Part shown: positions 1-7,768 of the stretch, in pieces
Layout: each line of letters begins with the position of its first letter
Numbering within the stretch: the first letter of the stretch is position 1
Assembly: GCA_030040865.1 (NCBI GenBank)
Contig: JASHSX010000087.1
Span: 1-62,126 of the forward strand
Origin: Thermoplasmata archaeon
GTDB lineage: Archaea > Thermoplasmatota > Thermoplasmata > Lutacidiplasmatales > UBA184
Direction of reading: 5' to 3'
DNA: 62,126 nt
Notes under the pieces: generated by a model
Databases searched by the model: none
The model's input: only the letters and a program-made list of their open reading frames with translations
What the model was told of the DNA's origin: nothing
Made by a program: the position numbers and the translations under genes

Positions 1-301
1 TCCCGACCAGGTTGATCGCCTCGGTCGCGTTCCGGACGAACACGACCCCCCGCGGGTCCGAGCGACCGAGGAATCGCGCATGCGCGGAGCGCGACGCCTC
101 GAAGCGACGTCCGACCTCCTCGGCGAACCGATGCAGGCTGCGGCCGGCGCACCCCGGAAAATCGCGGTAGTACTCCTCCATCGCCGCGAGAACGCTCCGG
201 GGGACCAGCGACATGCACGCCGAGTCGAGGTAGGCCGGCGCCGGTCGGCCCTCGCGCGGCGCGAGCGCGGGGAAATCGGAGCGAACGGATGCGGCCATCA
301 T
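1..301 (-). CDS. cysteine desulfurase / class-V aminotransferase (SufS/NifS-like), N-terminal ~100 aa only; continues beyond window edge
   Basis: Own translation of minus strand from ATG at 301: MMAASVRSDFPALAPREGRPAPAYLDSACMSLVPRSVLAAMEEYYRDFPGCAGRSLHRFAEEVGRRFEASRSAHARFLGRSDPRGVVFVRNATEAINLVG. This matches the conserved SufS/NifS N-terminus (FP.L...YLDSA; T.A.NLV). It is absent from the ORF track because no stop lies inside the window. ATGA overlap with the stop of the upstream M20 gene. Confidence 0.75.
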   Translation of the reverse strand, partial: MMAASVRSDFPALAPREGRPAPAYLDSACMSLVPRSVLAAMEEYYRDFPGCAGRSLHRFAEEVGRRFEASRSAHARFLGRSDPRGVVFVRNATEAINLVG

Positions 302-1491
302 GGTCGCGCCCGCTGCAGCCCCTCGGTCGCCGCGAGGAGCGCGGCCGCGCCGAGCACGAGCGACCGCTCATCGGGAAGGAAGGTGGCGCTGTGGAGCGAC
401 TCCGGCCGCTCCTCAACGCCGACCCCCAACCGCCAGAACGTACCGGGGACCCGTTCCAGATAGCGGGCGAAGTCCTCGGCGCCCATGATCGGATGTTCCA
501 TCTCGAGCACGCGGTTGCGGCCGAACTCCTCGGTCAGGCCGGCCACCGCACGCCGCGTGGCGTCCGGCGGGTTGATGAGCGCAGGGTAGCCCCGGTGGTA
601 CTGGATGCGTACCCGGGCCCCGAGGCTCGCCGCGATCGAAGCGACCCGTCGCTTGAGCGTCGACTCGATGAGGTCGCGGGTGGCCGGGCGGAGCGTGCGG
701 ACCGTTCCCTCGAGCACGACCTCGTCCGGTAGGATGTTGTTCCGCGTGCCGCCGTGGATCGACCCGACGGTGACGACGACCGGATCGAGCGGATTGCGCA
801 CCCGGCTCACGAGCGCCTGGAGCCCGGTCACGATCTCGCTGGCGATGAGCACCGCATCCGGACCCTGGTGCGGCGTGGCTGCGTGCCCGCCGCGGCCCAG
901 CACGGCGATGCGGAAGTGGTCCGCCGCGGCCATGAACGCCCCGGTTCGCCACCCGATCTGGCCGAGAGGGAGCCCCGGGAGGACGTGCTGGCCGACGACG
1001 TAATCGACGTGCGGCTTTTCGAGGCAACCCCGCTCGATGAGCGGGAGCGCCCCTCCCCGGTTGCCCTCCTCCTCCGCCGGCTGGAACAGGAGCTTCACGG
1101 GACCCCCGGCGAGGCGGGGCTGACGGGAGAGGACGGCGGCCGCCCCGAGAACGCACGCCATGTGCACGTCGTGCCCGCACGCGTGCATCCGACCGGGGAA
1201 CCGGGACTTGAACGCGGCGCCGGTCGCCTCAGTGAGCGGGAGGGCGTCCATGTCCGCCCGCAGCGCGACGACCGGTCCCGCCCGGTCCTCCCCGACGAGC
1301 CCGATCACTCCCGGAAAGTCGTGGAAGGTCCGATACGGGATCCCGAGCTCGTTCAGGGCCGCCACGATCTTCTCCCGGGTCTTCGTCTCCTCCCCCGAGA
1401 GCTCGGGCTCCTGGTGGATCGCCGTGCGCCAGGCGCGCATCGCCGGCAGCACCCGGCGTGCGTGGGCGGTCCACGACTCGCGCGTCGGCAT
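298..1491 (-). CDS. M20-family amidohydrolase (N-acyl-L-amino acid amidohydrolase / hippurate hydrolase-like peptidase M20D)
   Basis: 3' part of track ORF 298..2526. From ATG at 1491: MPTRESW...IHQEPELSGEE..T...I...L...GI; ALRADMDALP; MHACGHDVHM; LLFQPAEEEG; GRGGHAATPH. These are typical M20D metal-binding motifs. In frame, 397 aa. The upstream 345 aa of the track ORF is Arg/Pro-rich read-through over the HAD gene. Confidence 0.85.
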   Translation of the reverse strand: MPTRESWTAHARRVLPAMRAWRTAIHQEPELSGEETKTREKIVAALNELGIPYRTFHDFPGVIGLVGEDRAGPVVALRADMDALPLTEATGAAFKSRFPGRMHACGHDVHMACVLGAAAVLSRQPRLAGGPVKLLFQPAEEEGNRGGALPLIERGCLEKPHVDYVVGQHVLPGLPLGQIGWRTGAFMAAADHFRIAVLGRGGHAATPHQGPDAVLIASEIVTGLQALVSRVRNPLDPVVVTVGSIHGGTRNNILPDEVVLEGTVRTLRPATRDLIESTLKRRVASIAASLGARVRIQYHRGYPALINPPDATRRAVAGLTEEFGRNRVLEMEHPIMGAEDFARYLERVPGTFWRLGVGVEERPESLHSATFLPDERSLVLGAAALLAATEGLQRARP

Positions 1492-1550
1492 CGCCGTCGG
1501 AGAGCGCGCCGCGCTATATTGCGCGCTCGGCGGGGTGGCCTCCGTCGCCT

Positions 1551-2297
1551 TCAGGAGCGTGCGGCGAGCGCCCGCTCGAGCCGGGGAAGGGAACGGAACG
1601 AGTCGAGTTCGGTCACGCGGGAGCCGCCGGGGCGCGGCGCCCCGAACCGGTTGAACCAGATCGGCCGGATCGACGCGGAACGGGCGCCCTCCACGTCGTT
1701 CGTCCACGAGTCCCCGATCATCACGGCCTCGTCGGGGCCCGCTCCGAGCCGGTCGAGCGCGATCGCGAAGATCCGCGGGTCCGGCTTCGAGCACCCGACC
1801 GCGGCCGAGATCACCAGCGCATCGACCCGGTCCGCGATCCCGAGAAATCGAAGCTTCTCTTCCTGCTCGGCGACCTCGTTGTTCGTCACGACTCCGATGG
1901 CGGTGCGTCCGTGCAGACGCTCGAGCACGGCTCGCGCCCCGGGCACCGGTCGCCGGAGCGTCCGATAGAGGGTACGGTACGACCGGGAGAGTCCGGCGGC
2001 CTCCTCGGTACCGAGGCGGCGACCCGCGAGCTCGCCGAGCCGGCGGAAGCGTTCGGCACGTGCCTCGTCCGGCGTCCAGCGTCCCGCGAGAACGCCGGGA
2101 TGGACCTGCTCGAGCGCCGTCAGATATTCCCGCCAGAGCCGATCGAGCGGGACCCGGCGGAAGAAGGCATGTTCCCGGCGGAGTCGGCCCAGCGCGGCCC
2201 GACACGTCAGGGAGTGGTCGAAGAGCGTGTCGTCGAGATCGAACAGCACCGCCCGCGGCAGTCCCGGGCGACGCGCGAGCCCATGACCGGCGCCCAC
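1551..2297 (-). CDS. HAD-superfamily hydrolase (subfamily IA-like)
   Basis: AVLFDLDDTLF (DxDxT motif I), VVTNN (motif II), SKPDPRIF, MIGDSWTNDVEGA (motif IV). There is no ATG near the conserved core. I place the start at in-frame GTG 2297 (VGAGHGLARRPG...). Start is uncertain; the track ORF extends to 2432. Confidence 0.7.
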   Translation of the reverse strand: MGAGHGLARRPGLPRAVLFDLDDTLFDHSLTCRAALGRLRREHAFFRRVPLDRLWREYLTALEQVHPGVLAGRWTPDEARAERFRRLGELAGRRLGTEEAAGLSRSYRTLYRTLRRPVPGARAVLERLHGRTAIGVVTNNEVAEQEEKLRFLGIADRVDALVISAAVGCSKPDPRIFAIALDRLGAGPDEAVMIGDSWTNDVEGARSASIRPIWFNRFGAPRPGGSRVTELDSFRSLPRLERALAARS

Positions 2298-2416
2298 GCC
2301 TCCGCCAGGCGAGGGTCCGCCAAAGCGATTGGGGCCTCCGAACCCGGTCCGGCTCGAGAAGGTAGAAGAGCGCCTCCCCGCTCGGGATCGCCGCCGTCCG
2401 AGGGAGCGAGGCACCG

Positions 2417-2821
2417 ATGCGCGGAGTGTCACGTCGCCGAGAGGACCCCCGGAAGACCGTCCAGGACCTCGACACGGAGTACCAGTCGGCCGTCCGCCGG
2501 AACGACGCGGTCGTCATGGACCGCATCCTGGCCGACGACTTCGTCCTGGTCGTAGGGACCGGGAAGACCTTCTCGAAGGCGGACCTGCTCGAAGAGGCCC
2601 GCAGCGGTCGGATGCACTACGAGCATCAGGAGGACACGGACCAGGTCGTCCGGGTCTGGGGCGATACCGCGGTCGTGACGGCCAAGCTGTGGGCAAAGGG
2701 TACGGAGAACGGCGTCCCGTTCGAGTACCGGGTCTGGTTCAGCGACACGTACGTGCGCACGCCCGCCGGGTGGCGCTACGTCTTCGGCCAATCCGGCGTA
2801 CGGCTGCCCCCGGGGGCGTAG
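2417..2821 (+). CDS. SnoaL-like / DUF4440 (NTF2-fold) protein
   Basis: 134 aa; pattern ...YQSAVRRNDAVVMDRILADDFVLVVGTGKTFSKADLLEE...VTAKLW...YRVWFSDTYVRTPAGWRYVFGQ is typical of DUF4440/SnoaL_3 proteins. G/C-ending codon usage. Confidence 0.65.
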   Translation: MRGVSRRREDPRKTVQDLDTEYQSAVRRNDAVVMDRILADDFVLVVGTGKTFSKADLLEEARSGRMHYEHQEDTDQVVRVWGDTAVVTAKLWAKGTENGVPFEYRVWFSDTYVRTPAGWRYVFGQSGVRLPPGA

Positions 2822-2959
2822 GGCCGGCCGGCGGCGCTCGGGCCGTCCACCGCGAGCATCAACTACCCGGTCGCCTCGTCGGCGTGCCTTGGTGGCGGAG
2901 ACGAGCGGGGGACCGGGGATCGACGCCACGCTGCGACGTCTCCCCGCGGGAGGTCCGCG

Positions 2960-4297
2960 ATGAACCTCTTCGTGATCGGGGTGGAGTACCCCGTATCGAC
3001 CGTCGTCGGGACCCTCTGCTTCCTGCTGAGCCCGCTGGTCCTCGCCTACCGGTGGAAGCGGACGCCCAGCGCGCGTCGGCTCCTGGACGCGTTCCAGCGG
3101 AGGTTCACCGGCCGGCCGGATTGGCGGTGGCTCCGACTCTGGCACCTCATGCTGGGGCTCGTCCTCGTGACCGCCGCGAACATCGCCTGGCAGGTGGCCA
3201 CGCTCCACTGCGCAGACGACTCGCTCGCGATCCTGGCGTCGGGGCAGGCGGCCCTGCGGGGCCAGAACCCGTTCCTCGTCACGTACTGCGGCGGTACGTC
3301 CCCGGCGCAGATCCCGTACGGTACTGCCGAGGTCGCCCTGAACGCGCTCGGCGCGCTCTCCGGCGTGGTGCTGGGCATGTGGCTCGTCTGGCAGGTTCTC
3401 GCGCTCGCCGTGGTCCCGCTCGTCTGGTCGATCGCCGGCGAGGACCGTCGGTACGTGAGCGCCGTGGCCGCGACCTCCGTGCTGTACCTTCCGAACATCG
3501 CCACGAACATCGGAGTGGAGAACGCGGTAGTTCCTGTCGCCGTGCTGCTCATGCTCTACGCCGTGACCTTAGCGCCGCGGAGGCGGGGTGCGCTCACGGT
3601 CGTCGCCGCGTTCCTGAGCACGGCTCGATTTCCGGCCGTCTTCGGGCTGCTCGGAACGTCGGCCCCGTTACGCCGGAGCCGGGCGATCGCGCAAACCGCG
3701 CTCGTCCTAGGGACGTTCTTCGGAGCCGTTCTGCTGAGCTACCTCCTGTGGGGGTGGAGCGCGATCAGTATCGTCTACCTCGGCCAGTTCGCCCGGGCCT
3801 CGAACGAGTCGCTGAACTTCTTCGCCGTCGTTCTCGTTCAGGGCTGGCTGAGGTCCTCGCTGGTCTCGGCGGCCGTCCAGGGGGCGGCCCTGCTCGCGCT
3901 CGTCGTCTTCGTCAACTGGCGGGGGTACTCGGCCACCGCGGCGGCCGCGATCCCGCTCGTCGGCGTGCTGGCAGTCTCCCAGTACCTCACGTTCCACTTC
4001 GTGCTCTGGCTCGTCCCGCTCGTGCTTCTGGGCGGCTCGATCAACCGGTGGCTGTACGTGTACGGCGCCCTCGCGTGGTTCGACGAGAACGTTCCGCTGG
4101 GGTACCTCGGCCTGGGTCGGGGGATCTGGTGGCCGTACGAGGTCTGTGGCCTCGCGCTGTTCGCGATCCTGGCGTACGTTGGTTTCCTCATCGCGCGCGG
4201 CGAGGAGCGACGCCTACGGGGAACGGTCGGTTCGGCGGATGCAGCTCGGGCGGTGGGCGGTCCCGGACCGGTAGAGAAGTCCGCCACGACCCCGTGA
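2960..4297 (+). CDS. polytopic integral membrane protein, possibly GT-C-fold glycosyltransferase (DUF2029/GT87-like)
   Basis: 445 aa with about 10 or more hydrophobic helices. The first loop, CADDSLAILASGQAALRGQNPFLV, resembles the D...a..all.G.nPY loop of DUF2029/GT87 mannosyltransferase-like proteins. Functional call is weak. Confidence 0.6.
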   Translation: MNLFVIGVEYPVSTVVGTLCFLLSPLVLAYRWKRTPSARRLLDAFQRRFTGRPDWRWLRLWHLMLGLVLVTAANIAWQVATLHCADDSLAILASGQAALRGQNPFLVTYCGGTSPAQIPYGTAEVALNALGALSGVVLGMWLVWQVLALAVVPLVWSIAGEDRRYVSAVAATSVLYLPNIATNIGVENAVVPVAVLLMLYAVTLAPRRRGALTVVAAFLSTARFPAVFGLLGTSAPLRRSRAIAQTALVLGTFFGAVLLSYLLWGWSAISIVYLGQFARASNESLNFFAVVLVQGWLRSSLVSAAVQGAALLALVVFVNWRGYSATAAAAIPLVGVLAVSQYLTFHFVLWLVPLVLLGGSINRWLYVYGALAWFDENVPLGYLGLGRGIWWPYEVCGLALFAILAYVGFLIARGEERRLRGTVGSADAARAVGGPGPVEKSATTP

Positions 4298-4474
4298 CAG
4301 CGACCGAGTCCGGATTCCCCCGGACGCTCGGCGCGGGCGGGATCGGTCGGGAGCCCATGCCGGGCGGAGCCCTCGACCGGCGGGCCGAGGTTCCGGCACG
4401 GGCATCCTGCGCTCACCACCGGTGAGGTCGCAGGGTGCGTTGGCGTCGACTACCTCCCCGTCGTCCGGTCATCG

Positions 4475-5506
4475 ATGCGGGGAACGGACGGCGGAGCGGA
4501 GGGGATCGACCGGGTGTTCGCGAACGCGACCGAGCAGCGACGATTCGCCGGGACGGTCGCGTTCTCACGGCGAGGCCAGCGATCCTTCTCGAAAGCCTAC
4601 GGATACGCAGACGCGCTCGGCGAGGTCTCGTTCACCTCCGGCACGGTCTCCCAGATCGCCTCGGTCAGCAAACAATTCACGGCGGCCGCCGTGCTGCTCC
4701 TCGCCGAATCGGGAGACCTATCGATCGACGATCCGATCTCGCGTTGGGTGCGGACGGCGCCGGAGCACTGGGAACCGGTCCGGGTCCACCACCTGTTGAG
4801 CCACACCTCCGGCCTCCCCCATTGGAGGGATCTTCCTCAGCTGGACCTCTTCCGCCCAATGTCCGACGCAGAGATCGTCGCAGCGTTCGCGTCCCGGCCG
4901 CTAAAATTCTCACCGGGGGCAGGCTGGGCCTACAGTAGTCCGGGCTACCACCTGCTCGCCCGAGCGGTCGAGGCCGCGTCCGGTCAGCCCTACGGGGCGT
5001 TCGTCAGGGACCGCATCTTCGCCCCGCTCGGGATGCGACACACGTTCGTCGGAAGCCACTGGGCCGCGGGAGTCCCGCGGGCCGAAGGCTTCAGCGAAGC
5101 CGGGGCCGTCCCCTCCTTCGATCTCGACTCCACCGGACGGGGAGCGGGAGACGCGTGGTCCACCGCCGACGATCTTCTCCGATGGGACCACGGGCTTGCG
5201 GGGCCGGCCGGACTGCTTTCCCCGGGGTCCCTCGATGAGAGCTTCCGACCGCATGGCTGGATTCCGTCGGAGCACGTCTCGAACATCCCCCAGTTGAACG
5301 ACCTCGCGTACGGCTATGCATGGTATCTCGGCACCATCCGCGGGAGCGCCGTGCGCTTCCATAGCGGCGACAACCCGGGGTTCCGAGCATTGAACGTCTG
5401 GGTTCCGGACGCCGGACTGCAGTTCGCTTTTTGTTCGAATCTAGAAGCGACGGAAACGCTGCCTCTCGCCCTCAGCGTACTCGGCCAGTTGCTCGAGACG
5501 GCGTGA
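4475..5506 (+). CDS. serine hydrolase, beta-lactamase/transpeptidase-like (class C / PBP4*-like) family
   Basis: 343 aa. SxxK active-site motif in the expected context (FTSGTVSQIASVSKQFTAAAVLLL), followed by LLSHTSGLP and a YS.PGY segment, which is typical of the Beta-lactamase (PF00144) family. Confidence 0.85.
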   Translation: MRGTDGGAEGIDRVFANATEQRRFAGTVAFSRRGQRSFSKAYGYADALGEVSFTSGTVSQIASVSKQFTAAAVLLLAESGDLSIDDPISRWVRTAPEHWEPVRVHHLLSHTSGLPHWRDLPQLDLFRPMSDAEIVAAFASRPLKFSPGAGWAYSSPGYHLLARAVEAASGQPYGAFVRDRIFAPLGMRHTFVGSHWAAGVPRAEGFSEAGAVPSFDLDSTGRGAGDAWSTADDLLRWDHGLAGPAGLLSPGSLDESFRPHGWIPSEHVSNIPQLNDLAYGYAWYLGTIRGSAVRFHSGDNPGFRALNVWVPDAGLQFAFCSNLEATETLPLALSVLGQLLETA

Positions 5507-5678
5507 ATGGTCGCGCCACGCGAAACCGACGGTACCTCGCCGACCAGAGAGCCACCGGCTTTGGGACTTTGTCTGCGCCAACGCGGAGGAGGAATTGAAT
5601 GAAGCCGCTCCCCCCGGACTCACCTCTCGCGAGGGCGTGCCCTCGTGGGATCCAGAGTCACCCGCCCGGCCCTAGTGG

Positions 5679-6530
5679 CTAAGCGCACGGAAGATACGAG
5701 AAGGCCCAGCCGCCACCGAAACCCCCCGGCGCCGAGAGGTTGTCGATCTGCCACGTTCCAAAGTCGCCTGGGAACGAATAGGAGTATTGCTGTGCGAAGG
5801 GGAGTAAGTAGGGCAGTGTCACATTGCCGCTGTCGGTACGGAATGCGAACCTCACTTCCATGTTCTCTTCGGTCAACTCTACGGTCTGTGCGGGCTCCCC
5901 GCACGTAGAAACGATCGGTGCGTTCGCGGACTGGAAGCCGTTCTCGAACAATGGGGTCATGGAGGCCGTGGATTGGCCCGCGTGAATGATCACCGAAGTG
6001 GCCTCGCCGGCGTCGGACAAATTGGACTGAGTTGGAATACTTCCTGATGTCGCACCATAGTTGGGCGGGGCAGAGAGTTCGACCGCACGTGACTGAGAGC
6101 AGGGGGAATTCGTCCCGGGGCCGGGCGAAAGTACCGATTTCGTGTTCACAAGGGAAACGTTCACGGCGAAGAAAACCCCCCCCGCAGTACCATTAGTTGC
6201 GGACGTCCCCCATCCCACTTCGAAATTTTGCCCCGGGGTCGGTGGAGGACCATTCCAGGCACCCGGGAACGTCCAAGACATGAGTCCCCGGCCCGACGCA
6301 TTGCCACCGAATGGGGAGTTCAGCAGAACCGTGGGAATCCACTCCTCTTCTCGCCCGACGATCACGGACTGATCCGAGCAGGACCAATGTGCCACGACGC
6401 CCCAGCTCGCCACCAGGGTTGGAGTCAGAAGTGCGATCAGGATTGCGATCGAGGCCAATCCGGCTACCAGAATCATGCGACGAGGACGCGATCCGTGGGC
6501 CCTCGGGGCCGCTCCTGAATCATCGCTCAT
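5679..6530 (-). CDS. hypothetical N-terminally anchored exported protein (orphan, S/T/G/N-rich)
   Basis: 283 aa. Basic N-terminus followed by one TM helix (RRMILVAGLASIAILIALLTPTLVA). The ectodomain carries several N-X-S/T sequons (NAS, NGT, NVS, NLS, NVT). GC is lower than in the flanks. I recognise no family. Confidence 0.55.
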   Translation of the reverse strand: MSDDSGAAPRAHGSRPRRMILVAGLASIAILIALLTPTLVASWGVVAHWSCSDQSVIVGREEEWIPTVLLNSPFGGNASGRGLMSWTFPGAWNGPPPTPGQNFEVGWGTSATNGTAGGVFFAVNVSLVNTKSVLSPGPGTNSPCSQSRAVELSAPPNYGATSGSIPTQSNLSDAGEATSVIIHAGQSTASMTPLFENGFQSANAPIVSTCGEPAQTVELTEENMEVRFAFRTDSGNVTLPYLLPFAQQYSYSFPGDFGTWQIDNLSAPGGFGGGWAFSYLPCA

Positions 6531-7046
6531 GGGAGCGCGAGCGCGCTAACCCGATTAGGTTCAAAGGTCCGCCTAGGATGAACGCTCAGCAAACTTGCTC
6601 GCCGCGAGACCCGTCGCGCCAGCCTTCGAGCCGGACACGATCAATCCCCGTTGCCGGGTTGCCCGCAACAACGCGAAGACCCGCGGTCCCGTTCTCCAAA
6701 CTCGGATCGGAAACGTGGATGAACGTGCATTTCACTTTGTACTTGTTTGTCGTGGAAACGGAGGGCGTAGGATGGATCGGGCCTTCGGGATTGAGTATTT
6801 GCAGTTGCCTTCATCTTACAACAGGACAAGTGGCGGCCCGTTTCAAACTCTCCAGACTACTGATTACTGATGTGTGGGTAGGAGAAGTCTCTCTGTGGGG
6901 TGCTCGTTTTCAGTGTTTGGAGTTGAAGTTGACACAAATTCGAATGCACGGGCAGTGGCGGTCTTCGGTTTAGGATTCTCCATTCTGGGACTTTACACTT
7001 CGATCACCGAACTCTACGCAATCCATTCAGCAGTAGGCTAGGTACC

Positions 7047-7547
7047 ATGGCAAGTGGCTCGAAGACTCAGTTGATCATTCGCAAGCGGTCGTTGAGCCCG
7101 ATTGAGCAACTTTCCATTCTTGTGGCCGCGATGATTTTCGCGCTGGGTGTCGCCCTACTATGGCTATTTGACACGACTGGTCCAGCGCGCGCTACTGGGG
7201 GACTCTCACCAGTTCAGAATGCAGTAGCCCTCTCCTTACTCGCTCTCGCACTTGTGGCAACCCCACTGATTTTTTGGCTCAGGCAGGCACGCGCAGTCCA
7301 CCTGTCGGATGATGGGGTGAGAATCGATTACCCCCTTCGAACAAAGTCGTTCCCATGGCCGGAACTAATGAGAGTCGAAGGAGTGGGAATGGGGACGGTA
7401 ACCTTTCGTCCGATGTCATCGCCCGTCAACTCAATTGGCGGTTGGTTCAGCATTAGTCTTGAACAGGCTCGAGGAATTATTTCTGATCCTCGGTGTCCAC
7501 CCGTACAACTGAAGGAGGCCTTTCGTCGATCGATTTTCCAGGGGTAA
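7047..7547 (+). CDS. membrane protein with bacterial-type PH domain (bPH_2/DUF304-like)
   Basis: 166 aa. Two TM helices (LSILVAAMIFALGVALLWLF; AVALSLLALALVATPLIFWL), then VHLSDDGVRIDYPLRTKSFPWPELMRVEG, the classic YdbS/YdbT-like bPH_2 layout. Composition is distinctly AT-richer. Confidence 0.55.
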   Translation: MASGSKTQLIIRKRSLSPIEQLSILVAAMIFALGVALLWLFDTTGPARATGGLSPVQNAVALSLLALALVATPLIFWLRQARAVHLSDDGVRIDYPLRTKSFPWPELMRVEGVGMGTVTFRPMSSPVNSIGGWFSISLEQARGIISDPRCPPVQLKEAFRRSIFQG

Positions 7548-7692
7548 TTCTGGTCTGTGCCCTGTGCCGGTAGCGGCCTTGATCGTTAGGATGGGCGAAG
7601 TCAGAGAATGCTGGAATTTTCACAGGGTGACGATGTAAATCACAGGCCGCGGTCTTCTCGGCCAAAAATCCCAAAGCCCGGTCCTTCGCCTT

Positions 7693-7703
7693 CTTTTTAT
7701 ATG
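7693..7703 (+). promoter_or_regulatory. putative TATA box upstream of dnaK
   Basis: CTTTTTATATG lies 66-76 nt upstream of the dnaK ATG (7769). A GGAGG/GGGGA purine tract sits closer to the start. Confidence 0.4.
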
Positions 7704-7768
7704 AGTGCTTACTTACCAAATTCGTAAAATCCTGAGGAGGGACCGCGTCCCCCGAGGGGAGAATCTCC

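Noticed and set aside
1492-2526. Upstream 345 aa of the 742-aa ORF 298..2526
   Set aside because: Only the 3' 397 codons (M20 amidohydrolase) look like protein. The upstream part is Arg/Pro/Gly-rich and runs out of frame through the well-supported HAD hydrolase gene (1551..2297).
2329-4425. 698-aa plus-strand ORF spanning the SnoaL and membrane-protein genes
   Set aside because: The translation is Arg/Pro/Gly-dominated. It overlaps two genes whose own frames give sensible domain or TM content.
6551-6585. GGTTCAAAGG, a T-arm-like sequence suggesting a tRNA or tRNA fragment (possible att site)
   Set aside because: No complementary T-stem, acceptor stem or anticodon arm can be drawn on either strand.
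6858-6900. C/D-box sRNA-like elements (CTGATTACTGATGTG ...)
   Set aside because: The C box is TGATGT rather than RUGAUGA. No properly spaced D box (CUGA), D'/C' pair or terminal stem could be found.
6311-6973. 220-aa ORF, and an internal 85-aa ATG ORF from ~6718, in the low-GC spacer
   Set aside because: No codon-bias signal, no motif, and Cys/Trp/Leu-rich random-looking sequence. Its 5' part overlaps the better-supported 5679..6530 gene. It is kept only as a possibility under the spacer finding.
5555-6995. Possible direct repeats flanking the low-GC island (shared TGGGACTTT near 5562 and 6986)
   Set aside because: It is only a 9-mer, it is not located at the compositional boundaries, and it is easily explained by chance in 62 kb.
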